A stretch of DNA of 64,000 nucleotides from Carcharhinus amblyrhynchos (taxonomy: Eukaryota): contig OZ336884.1 of NCBI GenBank assembly GCA_965287045.1, positions 50,034,001 to 50,098,000 on the forward strand, read 5' to 3'. Each line of letters starts with the position of its first letter. Within the stretch, counting starts at the first letter, position 1. Below the pieces are notes generated by a model. That model ran no database searches and had not been told where the DNA came from. It was given only the letters and a program-made list of their open reading frames with translations. Shown in pieces: positions 51,689-64,000 of this stretch. Both the position numbers and the translations under genes were made by a program.

Positions 51689-53127
51689 TGGTGCACCTTG
51701 TCATTAACCATAGCATCAATGGTTTATGCACATAGATGCTAGTTCAGGTACTAAGCATTAAATCTGAACTGAATAATTCCTGACCAGTAAACAAATGTTA
51801 TTATGTTTTCAGATCTCATCTGGTTTAAAAAAAGACATTTAATGTAAGAAGGGATCTGATTAAAATCTCATGAGTGGGATAATTTGGTACATCATATGTG
51901 ATTTTATAATCTTGCAAGATTGTGTATTCTATGTTGTTTGCAGTACGCGATGAACAATTATATAGTGGAGAGTTTATTGAATGGTGCAGTAATTCCAATA
52001 CAGCTTACTCACTGCATGTGATTATTAGGATATTGCAATAATATATTTTGATAAAATTTATTTTTGCATTGTCTCTTTCACCACATAATAATTGAAAAGC
52101 ATACCCTCTTAGCAATATTTTAGTAATACAATAACATACAAGTTGATATGTTATTGTGTATCATATTAGTTTTTTCATAAATATTTTCCCCCTTTAAAGT
52201 AACAGGTTGATGTTCATTAGTCATAAAGGGAAAGCAATCATTTGATTAGCTAAGACACAGGATGCTGAAACGTCATGAAACAATTTTAACGAAAATGAGT
52301 GGAAATTGCAAGAATGAAATGTAAGTAGTTTTCTTGAAATATGGAATTATTTAAGTAAATTGTGAGAGCTAATTTAGATTTGAGGGAAAAACGCTGTTCT
52401 GTTGGAACAATCTAGAGAAAATGTCAAAATTTGAGCAATGATATATTCCCAAAAAGACTTATAGGCCATTTGAACTTCTGATTCAAAATTATCTTCAAGA
52501 GCAAAATTCTTGGATAACTTTATGCATTTAATTATGAGTCATGTCCACATTGAGAACAGAGTAAAGGGAGAAAACAATATCTTATTTCGTTTGAAAAATA
52601 ACCTCAAAGTATCTGGAAAATGGTTCTTGAAATGTCCAACAGTTCTTCTACCCACTAAGAGGTATTTTTCACACTTGTATCACCCGTTCGTGCATATGGA
52701 CTGTTCCATGTGATGTATCCATTGTTTCTTGTGGTATATCTTCAACAGGGCAGCCATGAACTTATTACGTTTGTATATCAGAGGTTTTAACAGAGGGTTA
52801 AAATGAGTCTGATTCAAGCTTATATTAGTAAAGCTACTTGTTGTTTAAGAATTGCTGACCCTGCCCTTTCAAAGTCAAAGAAATCCATTTGACCTAATCT
52901 CAAAGCAATTGGTATAACTTCTGAAAAAAAGGTGGAGTTTTTTAAAGTTAATTTTTCAGTTTACTTTTTATATGTGTGAGCAATATTTTAGCATGTTTAC
53001 ACACAATAACATATAAGTTCATATGTTATAGTGCATCATATTATAATGATATATCCCTAGTCCCAATGTTAATCAGTACTTGAATTCTTCAACTGAATGT
53101 ATTTCATTGAAGCTAAACAAGATACAT

Positions 53128-53256
53128 TGGGCAGGATTCTCAGGACACACTCGCCTGAAAACTGGAGATTCCTGCCCAACTTCAATGGACTTTTATACGA
53201 TCCACCCCTCCACCCTCTAGAATTCCAGTGGCGGGTGGGATAGGAGAATTCTGGCC
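53128..53256. mobile_element. ~130 bp MITE
   Basis: gggcaggattctc ... gagaattctggcc TIRs. Confidence 0.7.
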
Positions 53257-55063
53257 AGTATCTTTGATAGCTTAATACTGATTTGAATCAAGTCCCTTGT
53301 CGATCATGTCTGAGTGAAAGAAAATGGTTTCAACCAAAATCATTGTCTCTAGAATGTGTCATGTGTGATGTGAAATATTAATCTTTAATTTCATTGACTG
53401 TTCATTGACTGTATATTGAACTTCTTTAAAATGGTGTTTTCCAAACAAAGATACTGACTTTAAAATGGCTGCTAATTTGCATTTATGAAAGCCATATTCT
53501 CTTCATAGAAATTAAAGTATAAAAGCCCTCCTTCCACATTATCATGAGGGAAATGAACCATTCAGAGCCAATAGTTGAGACACTAATTTTCAGTCATCTT
53601 TGGATATCGTAATGACTAATGGGAGACAAGGAATTAAATATTTGACCTGTTGGAGACCATTATTGATCATTATATAGCAATGCTGCTAACAATGCCACTT
53701 GTTCTGCTTTGCATGCTTGTGTGTGGGTATGCTGCAGGATGGGTTTTTACCTTTTTAATAAGTCACGTATTTTTACCTGAGTGAGTTTTTAACATTAAAA
53801 CTAACTCCTTACTTGTTAACTGAAGATCAGATCAGGCTGGCTTATTTTGCTTTAGATATGGTCAATACCAAACTGTGTTACAGCCAACTTCAGAAGTGAG
53901 AAAGAGGAATTTATTTACCCCTCCAAGCATCATAATATCCACGAGGAAGCTGGACGTTTCTGAACTAGGTTGCAAATAAAAAAATCATATCGCTCATTTT
54001 TATATTTAAAATCAAGTAAATTGATGAAGGAACTGCAAATATAAACTCAAGATCTTATTACATTTCTTTTTTTGCTACTAATTGTATCTTTACAAATAGT
54101 ACATTGGATGTTCCAAAAAACATTCCTCAAAGATTGGAAATCTTTACAAGATGTGTCTTGGTCCTGTATAATTTCAGTTTTGAATGCTTTTTGAATTCTG
54201 TGCATCTACTTGTAGCTGCACATACTAGAAATGTCATTGGATCTATAACTAGGGTGGCAGGAAAAGATCCCTTGTGTAACTGTGATGCTCATTATGTGCC
54301 AAATGTCATTCGAGAGAATCATTTTTAAAACCCTTTGCTCCTTCCTCCTTGGAACAATTTTCCTGCTCTAGGTAACAGTTATGTACATGTGTTGCGGTAG
54401 GATGCAAGTTGCAATCTTGCTGCGAGGTCATGTACTTTGCCTATTGCAAAAAAAAGTTAAAGAATCTGCAAAATGTAGACTCATTAAAGAACCTTGACAT
54501 TTCACATGATTCAGCAGGAGCATGAGCTCAGTGTATGGTTTTGGCCTGAAAATTACACAGTAGTTCAGACATCAATAGCATAGCACAAGTTAGGAGAAAT
54601 GATACACAATGTTTTGTCATTAGGTGAACTGCTTGTGCCTATGACAACTTTGATTTAATGTGCAGCATGGGACATTACATACTCTTATCAAGATTTGGCT
54701 GATGATATCAGCTTGCTTGGAAACACAGTGAAGTTTCCTGTTTACAGATCAGAATACCTGAGCTCTTGCCTACCAGCAACAATATGTCTTAACTGATATA
54801 TCATTGTCATTTTATACTATAGTTTATCCTAGTTGTATGCCATTTATGGAGCAGATAACTCTTGATTTATATTGGAGTATGTTATCACTTCAGTATAAAG
54901 AACAGCAACACCACATCTCACTTCATGTATAGTATAGTGTTGCTGATTGACTACTTTGAGTGAGACGTTTGTGGAATGTGTACTATTCTGTTTATGAATG
55001 TGTTGAATAGAAAGTTCTGCATTTATATATTTATATTCACATGAGCCTGTGAAATATGCAGTT

Positions 55064-55443
55064 AAGAACATAAGAAATAGGAGCAGGAGTAGGCCATCTA
55101 GCCCTTCGAGCCTGCCCCGCCATTCAATAAGATCATGGCTGATCTGAAGTGGATCAGTTCCACTTTCCCGCTTTCTCCCCATAACCCTTAATTCCCTTGT
55201 CTATCAGAAACCTATCTACCCGTGACTTAAATATATTTAGCGAGGGTAGCCTCGACCACTTCAACGGGCAGAGAATTCCAGAGGTTCACCACCCTTTGAG
55301 TGAAGAAGTTCCTCCTCAACTCCGATCTAAACTGCACCCCCCCCCCCTCCTTATCTTGAGGCTGTGCGCTCGAGTCCTGCTATCCTTTCTAAACGGGAAG
55401 GATCTCTCTACCTCTACCCTATCCATCCCTTTCATTATCTTAA
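55064..55443 (-). mobile_element. Young 5'-truncated CR1 3' end
   Basis: aagaacataagaaataggagcaggagtaggcc tail. Reverse complement encodes KIMKGMDRVEVERSFP..RRNFFTQRVVNLWNSLP. Confidence 0.92.
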
Positions 55444-56564
55444 AGGCTAAAATGAAGACCTGCTGTTATCTATTGTTAGGATTATCAGTGCTGTTTCCCA
55501 AGGATTAAGACAGAGGCAGTTTGCTTTACTTCCCTCCTGTTTCAGCTAGATATTTTGTATGAAACAGAGATCAGATTTCACCTGAAATGTTTTCCAATTT
55601 TCTTTTAGTGATCATTAGCAGCATTCAAGTGTTTGCATTTTATCTTCTGCACAGTGTTCTCTTGCTTTGAATAGTTAAACTCATGTCTTGACAGAATTAG
55701 GATTTATTGCTGTCCTATAAACCTTTTAAAAATTCACTTTGATGTTGTAAAACAAATATGATGAGTGATTGCTTCCCTTTTCAAAACTTTTAATGTATCA
55801 TGTAGCCTTTTTACTAATCAGAATCTAATTTAAGTTCACCATTTTGCAGCATGTAAGAAATTCTTGGGCCATGATTCATTGTCAAAGTGGCAATGATGCT
55901 AGCACCACTCATGTAAATATTACATTTGTATCAGGTGAGGACAGGTTAAATAGAGAGAGTTCACAAAATTGTTCTCCAATCTGTGCCACTGTGTCTTTAG
56001 CTTTGCAAAAGTGATATCTGTATCATCACTGAAATTCAATGTTTGCTGTGAAATTGCGTGGTAGATGCATACTTCCAGAGGTTCCCATTTCAGTCGAGGT
56101 ACCCTGCTAACAATGTGATATGTAATCATTACTGCCAGTCAACCTCTGAAAATTAATGATTACAAGTGTGGGCCCTCAGGTAATTTTAATTGTTTGAGAT
56201 TTTACAAATATCAATTTATATTTTTTCCTTTTCCTTTTGTGTCTCTCAATCTAAACCAGCTATCTGTCCCTCTTTATTGTAATTGTACCTGTGCCTGGGC
56301 AACAATTTATAGTCTATTGTTAGAACTTTCCAGCCGTACAGGTCAATAGGATCTTCAAGTCACCCTGAAGGTGAACTCATGCCTCGGGTTTAACAGTGGC
56401 GAGGGCTATGTTCAATGGGAAACTCCATTGACAATGGCAAGACCAGAAGGTCCCGCCACAGCAAAACACATGACAGGTTGCATAGAAAACCCCACCTTAT
56501 AGTAATAACTTGGCTGAAGGAATAGTGTGCATTATAGTTAAATTTACTGACTGTATGAAAATAG

Positions 56565-57435
56565 GTAGGTAAGCAGGTTGTGAGGTGGACACAAAGAATC
56601 TGCAATGGGATATAGATAGGTGGTGTGAGTGGGCAGAAATTTAGGCAGGCAAAAAATTATGTTGGAAAGTGTGACGTTGTTGGCTTTGGTGGGAAGAATA
56701 TGAAAGATTATTTAAATCGAGAGACACTGGCACAGCAGGATCTAGGTTCCCTTTGTACATGAATCACAAAAGGTCAGCATGCAGGTACAGAAAGTCATTA
56801 GGAAGGAAAATGGAACGTTGGCCTTTATTCTAGGGCGAGTGGAGTATTGAAGTAGGAAAGTCTCGCTGGAACTGTACTGACGATCGATGAGACCACACCT
56901 AGAGTGTCTTGTATGATTTTGATTTCCTTTTTTACGGTGGGAAATCCTTGCATTGGTAGCAGTTCACAGAATGATCACTAGGTTAATTTCTGGGAAGAAT
57001 GAAATGCCTTCTCAGGAAAGGTTGGACCTGCATTCATTGGAGTTCAGAAGAATGAGAAGTGATCTTTTTGAAATATATGCTTCCTCTCATGGAAAAATTT
57101 AGAACTAGGGCACACAGTTGCAAAATGAAGGACTATCATTGGAGACCTGATTAAGAATTTTTCCTTTGAGGGTCGCTAGTCTTCTGACTCCTCTTTTTTA
57201 CTCGCTTATGGGATGTGACCATAGCAGGCTCAGCATTTATTGTTCATCCCTGTCTTTCACAGAGAGCAGTAGAGACTGTGTCATTGAATATGGTCAAGGC
57301 TGAGTTTGATAGATTATTGATTTACAAGGAGGGCAGGTAGGGAAGTGGAGTTAAGGTCACAGTCAAGTTAACCATGATCTTACTGAATGACCGAGCAGAC
57401 ATGAGCCAAATAGTCCATTCCTGCACCTCTTACTT
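56565..57435 (+). mobile_element. CR1 3' fragment, degenerate
   Basis: LQWDIDR..EWAE.., RPHLE and accatgatcttactgaatg..gagcag 3' UTR. Confidence 0.85.
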
Positions 57436-57477
57436 ACTTTTCTCTGAAATTGAATTCACTCACGTTAATTTACAGTT

Positions 57478-57783
57478 CAGCACGGTGGCATAATAGTTAG
57501 TACTGCTGCCTCATAGTGTCAGGAACCCAGGTTCAATTCCCGACTTGGGTCACTATCTGTGCACAGTATGCATGTTCTCCCCGTGTCTGTGTGGGTTTCC
57601 TCTGGGTGTTCCAGTTTCCTCCCACAGTCCGAAAGATGTGCTGGTTTAGATGCATTGGCCTTGCTAAGTCTCTCTCCGTGTAACTGGACAGGCACCAGAG
57701 TGTGGCGATTAAAGGATTTTCACAGTAACTTCCTTGCAGTGTTACTGTAAGCTGACTTGTGACACTAATAATTAAATTTTAAA
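57478..57783 (+). mobile_element. V-SINE, alternative-tail subfamily
   Basis: Head and V core. Tail ttttcacagtaacttccttgcagtgttactgtaagctgacttgtgacactaataa. Confidence 0.9.
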
Positions 57784-58069
57784 CTCTCAATCCTTCAATC
57801 TGATTGGTTGAGGAAGTACACAGCTGCTTGCCCTCTTCCCTCAATTGTCAGCAGTATTGGTTCTCTCATTACAACATTATCACCCTGCACCTTCAATAAC
57901 TTGTAAAACTTCAAAAATGTTGAGAAACCTAAATTGTGACAGACACTATTAAATGCCTGGCTACAATGAGAATATATTTCATAGAATGTGTGTTAAATGT
58001 GTTCAACTGAAATTAACGGTATCAGAACAACAAGCAGCAACCTCAAGAAGGAAAGTATGTCTTCCTACA

Positions 58070-58490
58070 AAGAAAGACTCGCATTTATATTATACATTTA
58101 CATTGAGGATGGCCCAAAGAGTATTACAACCTTTGGAGAACTCTTGAAGTGCGTTCACTATTTTAATGGCAGCCAATTAGTGTGCAGCCAACTATCACAC
58201 ACAGCAGCAATGTAATAATGACCAGATGAACTGCGTTATTGGTGTTGGTTGAGGATTAATATTGTCCAGGCACCTGCTCTTCTTCGAATGATGGCATAGG
58301 ATATTTTATGCCACCTGAGAAGGCAGATAGGGCCCTGCGTAATGTCTCATCTGAAAGATGGCAGCAGTGACAGTGCAACCCACCTTCTGCACTGGAGTGT
58401 TGTCCAACATAATATAGTCAAGTCTGGAAAGTGTGATTCGAATGTGTCTCACTTGGGTGAGAGTGCTACAACCAAGTTACAGTTGACACT
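58070..58490 (-). mobile_element. Deu-domain SINE (SacSINE1/AmnSINE1 superfamily)
   Basis: ctgctcttcttcgaat..ggcataggatattttatgccacctgaga.ggcagatagggcc..aatgtctcatctgaaagatggca is the reverse complement of the Deu core as I recall it. Confidence 0.75.
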
Positions 58491-58699
58491 CCTAATTATT
58501 TTGGGGATTTCTATTTGGAATAACTTTTAAGAACTTGTCTTAAAGAAGCAAAAGTGCTTTTGAAAAAAAAATGTTGTCCCAGCATATTAATGCTGCAAAA
58601 TAAGGACATCAAAATAATCAGGAATAAAATGTATCAGCCATAAAAAGTGGCAATGTAAAGTGAATGCAACAAACATATTGCCTCTCTTAATACTCACAT

Positions 58700-60483
58700 A
58701 ATTAGGAGACAAGTTAAAATGTGTTGAAAGAGGTTGCTACCGAGATAGCGATGCATTGGTGATCTTCCAAAATTCTATAGAGTCTGGAACGGTTTCTGAA
58801 GATTGGAAGGTAGCAAATGTCGTCCCACTATTTAAGAATAGAGGAGGGAGAGAGAAAACGGGGATCTGCAGACCTGTTAGCCTTATATCAGTGGGAGGAA
58901 ATAGTTGCGAACCATTATAAAGGAAGTGATAATGGAGACTTGGATGTTCATGAGCTGATTGGGCATCATCTGCAGGAGTTTTTATGAAGATGTTTGTCAC
59001 AAAATTGATAAGGAGGGGACATGGTAAATTTGGACTTTCTGAAGGTTTTTGAATAAATTCCTCGCAAGAGGTTAATTGGCAAGGAGGCAACATTCTGTCA
59101 TGAATTGAAAAATGGGTAACAAGCAGAAAAGAGAGAGTAGGAATAAACGGGTCATTCTTAAAATGAGAGGTTGTGGCTATTGGGGTACTGCAAAGATCAG
59201 TACTTGGGATTCAGCTGCTCGCAACATACATCAAAGATTAATATAAATATTTCCAAGTTTGGGAATGATGCAAAGCGAGACGGAAATGTGATATGTGAGG
59301 AAGATGCAAAGCAGCAACAGGAGCGTTTAGACAGACTTCATGAGTGGGCAAAAACATAATCGATGGAATATAATGTGGAAAAATATGAGGTAATCCATTT
59401 TGATAGAAGGGACAGATGTACAGAATATTTCCAAAATGGTAAGAAATTAGAAAATGTAGATATACAAAGGGACCTGGATGTCCTTGACCATAAGTCACTA
59501 AAAGATGATTGGAGGTTTAGATAGGGTGGACAGTGATAGCCTTTTTCCTCGGATGGAGAAAGCTAGCACGAGGGGGCATAGCTTTAAATTAAGGGGTGGT
59601 AGTTATAGGACGGATGTCAGGGGTAGGTTCTTTACCCAGAGGGTGGTGAGGGATTGGAATGCCCTGCCTGCTGCAGTTGTAAATGCGCCTAGTTTGGGGA
59701 CGTTTAAGAGATCCGTGGATAGGTTTATGGATGGAAAGGGTTTGGTTTAGGTTAGAGGGTCATTGCTTTTTAACTGGTCGGCGCAACATCGTGGGCCGAA
59801 GGGCCTGTCCTGCGCTGTAGTGTTCTATGTTCTAAAAGCTAACACACAAGTGCAGCAAGCTATTAGGAAGGCTAATGAAATGTTAGCTTTTATCACAAGA
59901 GGATTTGAGTAGAGGAGTAGTGTGCTTCAATTGTGCAGGAGCTTGGTTAGGCCACACCTGGAGTACTGGGTACTCCAATTTTTGTCCCCTTCCCTCCTAA
60001 AGGATATTATTGCCTTAAAGGGAGGTTAATGAAGATTCACCAGATTTGTTCCAGGGATGGCAGAACTGTCTTATGAAGAGAGATTTGAGAAACTGTGCTT
60101 GTGTTCTCTGGAGTTTCGAAGAATTAGAGGCGATCTCACTGAAACCTACAAAATACTTAAAGGAATAGACAAGGTAGATGCAGGTTTTAGACTCCCCTTA
60201 GTTGGGGAGTCTAAAACCAAACAATTTTAAAATAAAGGGGATGCCATTCAGAATAAATTTCTTTACATAGAGGGTTGTAAATCTTTGGAATTCTGATCCC
60301 CAGAGGGCTGTGGAAGCTCAGTCATTGAGTATGTTTAAAGCAAAGATTGGTAGATTTTTGATTAACAACAACGTAAAGGACTATGGCGACAGTTGTGTGT
60401 GAAAACATGCAAATGAGTGATCAGCCACCATTGTATTAATTAGCAAAGCGTTTGTAATTGGCGTCATTCTGTTCTTATGTTCC
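58700..60483 (+). mobile_element. CR1 ORF2 (RT) to 3' end, degenerate, with nested CR1
   Basis: IFQNSIESGTV.EDWKVANVVPLFK..RPVSL, then LVRPHLEY. ttctgttcttatgttccta tail. Confidence 0.92.
59505..59831 (+). mobile_element. Young 5'-truncated CR1 of a different subfamily, with 7-bp TSD
   Basis: Intact ORF2 C-terminus (GLDRVDSDSLFPR..TRGHSFKL..RFFTQRVVRDWNALP). tgttctatgttct tail. ctaaaag at 59498-59504 and 59832-59838. Confidence 0.93.
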
Positions 60484-61045
60484 TAAAGAGCAAATTAATG
60501 ATAGTATACCATTTTCAAATCCATATTCTTCTATCAGGCAAGAGACTTCTGAAAATGATTTGCACCAAAATAAGGTCAATTGGGGAGATAATAGTTTTGA
60601 AGGTGGTGCATTGTGGCTTCAAGTTATGAAGGGCTTATTATCGACAATATTTATATATGTACAAGTGATAGTTGCAGAATACACATCTACTCTCTTCTAT
60701 TCCCTGGTTCTAATTGCGATTCCTCCCCAACCTAGCATGCAAACCCTTGCACCTGATTGGCTTGGCTTCCCGTACTGCCTCTCCATAGGGCTGACCCAAT
60801 CACATGGCCCACAGGGATCATCCACTTAATAAGGGCAATGCTACCACAAAAGATGGTTGGCGCTCACATTCCATGAAAGAATAAATCGAATGCCGGAAAG
60901 CTAAAGGACTATACTACAGGGCAAAATATGCCTTCAAGTAAGAAAATTGAATATGAAACCTCACAAAACAAGTGGTCAGCATTTGGAATGGACGGGATGA
61001 TGGGATGGCTATTTTATTCAATATATATTGAATATATATTCAATA

Positions 61046-61203
61046 GTAGTCTTTGAATGGAAATTGGATAAATACTTAAAGGAGAAAAATTGCAGGGATA
61101 TGGGCAAAGAATGGGGAGTGAGATAACTGGATTGGTTTTGGAAAGAGCTATCGATGACTTGATGGATAAAATGACTTCCTCCTATCTTGTACGACTTTCT
61201 GAA
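61046..61203 (+). mobile_element. Short CR1 3' end
   Basis: ggaaattggataaatacttaaaggagaaaaattgcagggatatggg..cttcctcctatcttgtacgactttctg. Confidence 0.75.
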
Positions 61204-62855
61204 TGCAGGAAACCATATCCCACTAAACTGCTATGTAAAAGGTGACAAAACTGATACCCAATTACCTACACAACACTGTCACAATGGAATGCAACTGGTA
61301 CAAATCCAGATTTTAAATGAGTTTCTTTCAGCTGTACATGTTAGAAATCCTCTGATTCAAAGCATTAGGAACTCTTCATCATTAATATGTTCCAGCTTAG
61401 AAAAGTCAGTGATTTCTTCGTTGCTGGGTTTATAGTTGTCACTGTTCTCAACATCATTATCTTTAAACACAATCTGTCATTCAAAGTTTATATTTTTCAG
61501 TATTTATAAACATATTGTGGTTGATCTCTCGTATGTATGTAGTTAAAACTCATGATCCGAACTGGAAACCTTGCTCAAGTTTCCATTCAAACTCATTCAC
61601 ATATCAACTTCCATGTATCAACACAATCAGACTGTGTTGTAGAATTGCTTTTGTACTTTTTGCATTAAAATGTTCCTTAATACATATGAATGGTAACTCT
61701 GCTGTTTTATTAAAATAAATGTGAATGGATTTATCAATCAATGAGCATTTAAAATCAGTCTCCCAACTGTGCATAACCTGATTTTAAATGACTTAACTGT
61801 AGAAAATTCTTCAAGCCCAGTTACAAGTTTCATTGGTGTACAGTGGAAAAAGTCATTTTGGTTGGATTGTCTTACTAATAGAAGAGAGTACTTCTCCTAC
61901 CATAGTTACTAGAACACCTTGCACTTATTTGTATGTTTCACATTAAAATACAGTCAAGGCAGTTCAGGGAATCTTAAAAGAAAAGGAGATACTGAGTCAA
62001 AGAAGGAGAGATTAGCTGGGGTGACCAGAACTTTGGTTTAAGAGAAAGGTTCCGATGCAGAAGGGGAATTAGAAAAGTCGAGGGCCACTTGGGTAGGAAA
62101 TTTTAGAGAATGAGTTGAAAGTCGAGCTTCCAATGTAAAAAGAGTGGAAGAAGGAGTTACACAAAAAGCTGATTTTAAGAAAAGGAGACAAAGTGGGTGG
62201 ATAAATGGTTGGGCAGGAGGAAATGATGGAGACATTAGAAGATCTTCAGGTTAAATGTCATCAGTAAACGTTAGAAAGCTTCATTTGTTAAAAAAACTTG
62301 ATGGATTTACTGACTGGAAACCATTGTTTGGATTTTAAAAGGATGAAGCCACATTCCAGCAACTTGAAACTATGGCTTCTAAGGTGGCTGAAAATTTGCA
62401 TCAATGTACAATAAATTCCAAAGGCATTAAGTGGAGTCAACCTGCCTAGAAAACCCCACTAGAGATATTTACCTTGAAGGATTGATTAAATACAATTCTC
62501 TTTTCTCTCAAAAAAGCTCAAAGAAAACCAGTTTGTGTATTTTATATTCATGGCATGTAAACAGTTAAACTCTCATGAATTGGCAAGCATTCCTCTTTTC
62601 CAATCGGTTACAGTCAAAGAAAGAGCAGGAAAAAGGAGAGTCATTCATCTTCCCCTCTCCTGATCATAATAACTGTTGAGACTCAAAGCCAAGTGTTTGA
62701 GACAAGTATTGTTGTTAAAACTTAAATGCCACTTAACGCTCCATGGTTTATTGAATTGTCCACATTATTTATGAAAATTTACAAGCAAGAGCAGTATATT
62801 TGTTGGTGTATTTTGATGCAGCTCAATTATAACTAAGGTTTGCGTTTATATATTG

Positions 62856-63508
62856 TTACGACTGGGATGGGAGAAGTGTGCAGTTGATCGAGGCTCACTA
62901 CTCCACGGGTCACATCATTAGTTTAAATTTCAATTCACTCACCAAAATGGCCAGTTATTTACCTTTGCTGCTATTCGACCCAATAAACTCAGAATGATTG
63001 ATTTATTATAAGACTTTAAAAGAAAAGTAATTGTAAGAACTGATGCACACACTGAAATATAACTATCTACCCCTTTTTAAAAATACCCCAGCATAAATAC
63101 ACAGACAGAAACAGACAGACAGACATGCATGTGCGCACAAGCAAAGGACAAACACATCAGTTTCTGCAGAGATGGGATTTATAGGATATGCTTTATAACA
63201 CAAAGGATAAATTTTGCCGGGTTTCAATGATATCAATCTGGAGTGTACCCGGTTGGTGTCTGGAGGTTCTCACCAGTGGAGATTTGCTGTGGAAGAGCAA
63301 ATAGGGCTGGATCAATTCCCCCCATCTCCACTTTTCTGGTTTCCAAATTATCCTCGATTGAGGGTTCTCTAACAGCAAGTTGATAACCACACACTGAACA
63401 TCAGGCAGGAAATGGAGAGCGCGAATTAGGGCAGCCTTCCTTCTCAACTTATTGCCCAAAATACATTGATTTCAAAAACAATAGGTCCAAAAATTATGTT
63501 TCTGTCAC
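62856..63508. mobile_element. Probable LTR
   Basis: Starts TGTTACGA, ends TGTCACA. Adjacent to a decayed pol-like sequence. No TSD seen. Confidence 0.45.
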
Positions 63509-63509
63509 A

Positions 63510-64000
63510 CGATTTCCAGTAATCACTAGCCTTTGCCTTTAACAGATTTTTTTGCCTCCAATTAAAGTAATTGCAGTGCAAACCAGCACACCAGCTCATT
63601 CCGCTTTGAGTATCATCTGATCAGGTGATTTCTTGAATAAAGACAGGCATCCTCCCATCCAAAGGTGAAATTGTGACCTTTCTTTCAAAAAAAAGCAAGT
63701 GTTCAATAATGCAAAATCCCATATTTTAAAACAAAAATACAGTTTTGAAATATATGATTTTAACAACATAACTATGTATTGAGCAGCATACAGCTGATAA
63801 CCCAAGTATGAAGTTCTGAAATGTCTTTCCAGAAATACCTTTTGGCAATTTGATGCAATATTTCTGTCTCCCTCTATTTTTCCATTTTCTAGGCCTGTAT
63901 CATTTGTGAATATCTTTCACGATTGTCCCAGCCATGCAGTCAACAATAATTGATAGGCTAATCTATTGCATCAGTTTTAATTCCATTCTCCTCCATATTG
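63510..64000 (-). mobile_element. Possible decayed Ty3/Gypsy pol (RT/RNase H junction)
   Basis: Reverse complement shows weak F.W....F..I / P.....L.. G..GA.L spacing. Many stops. Confidence 0.3.

Noticed and set aside
1-64000. CRISPR array, operon or prokaryotic defence system
   Set aside because: Eukaryotic repeat-rich DNA with no regularly spaced repeat-spacer array and no long intact ORFs.

Overview
Eukaryotic, repeat-dense, AT-rich DNA. The repeat set (HE1/V-SINEs, Deu-domain SINEs, many CR1 and L2 LINEs, Penelope-derived elements) points to a shark. That assignment is an inference from repeat families. I found no host protein-coding exon I can confidently call, so the window is probably intergenic or inside a very long intron. 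Almost all ORF-track entries are spurious or transposon-derived. The most notable structures are: (1) a CR1 with 5'-inversion geometry at the window start; (2) a local inverted-plus-direct duplication at 45.9-47.7 kb with junction microhomology; (3) a Penelope-derived insertion with inverted ends and a minimal hammerhead ribozyme motif that has a G8A core change; (4) a V-SINE subfamily with a swapped 3' tail; (5) a young CR1 nested in an older CR1 with a 7-bp TSD; (6) several same-strand remnants of an old non-CR1/L2 LINE. I see no convincing evidence of a new multi-gene system. All family calls come from motif recognition by eye, not database searches, and many boundaries are approximate.
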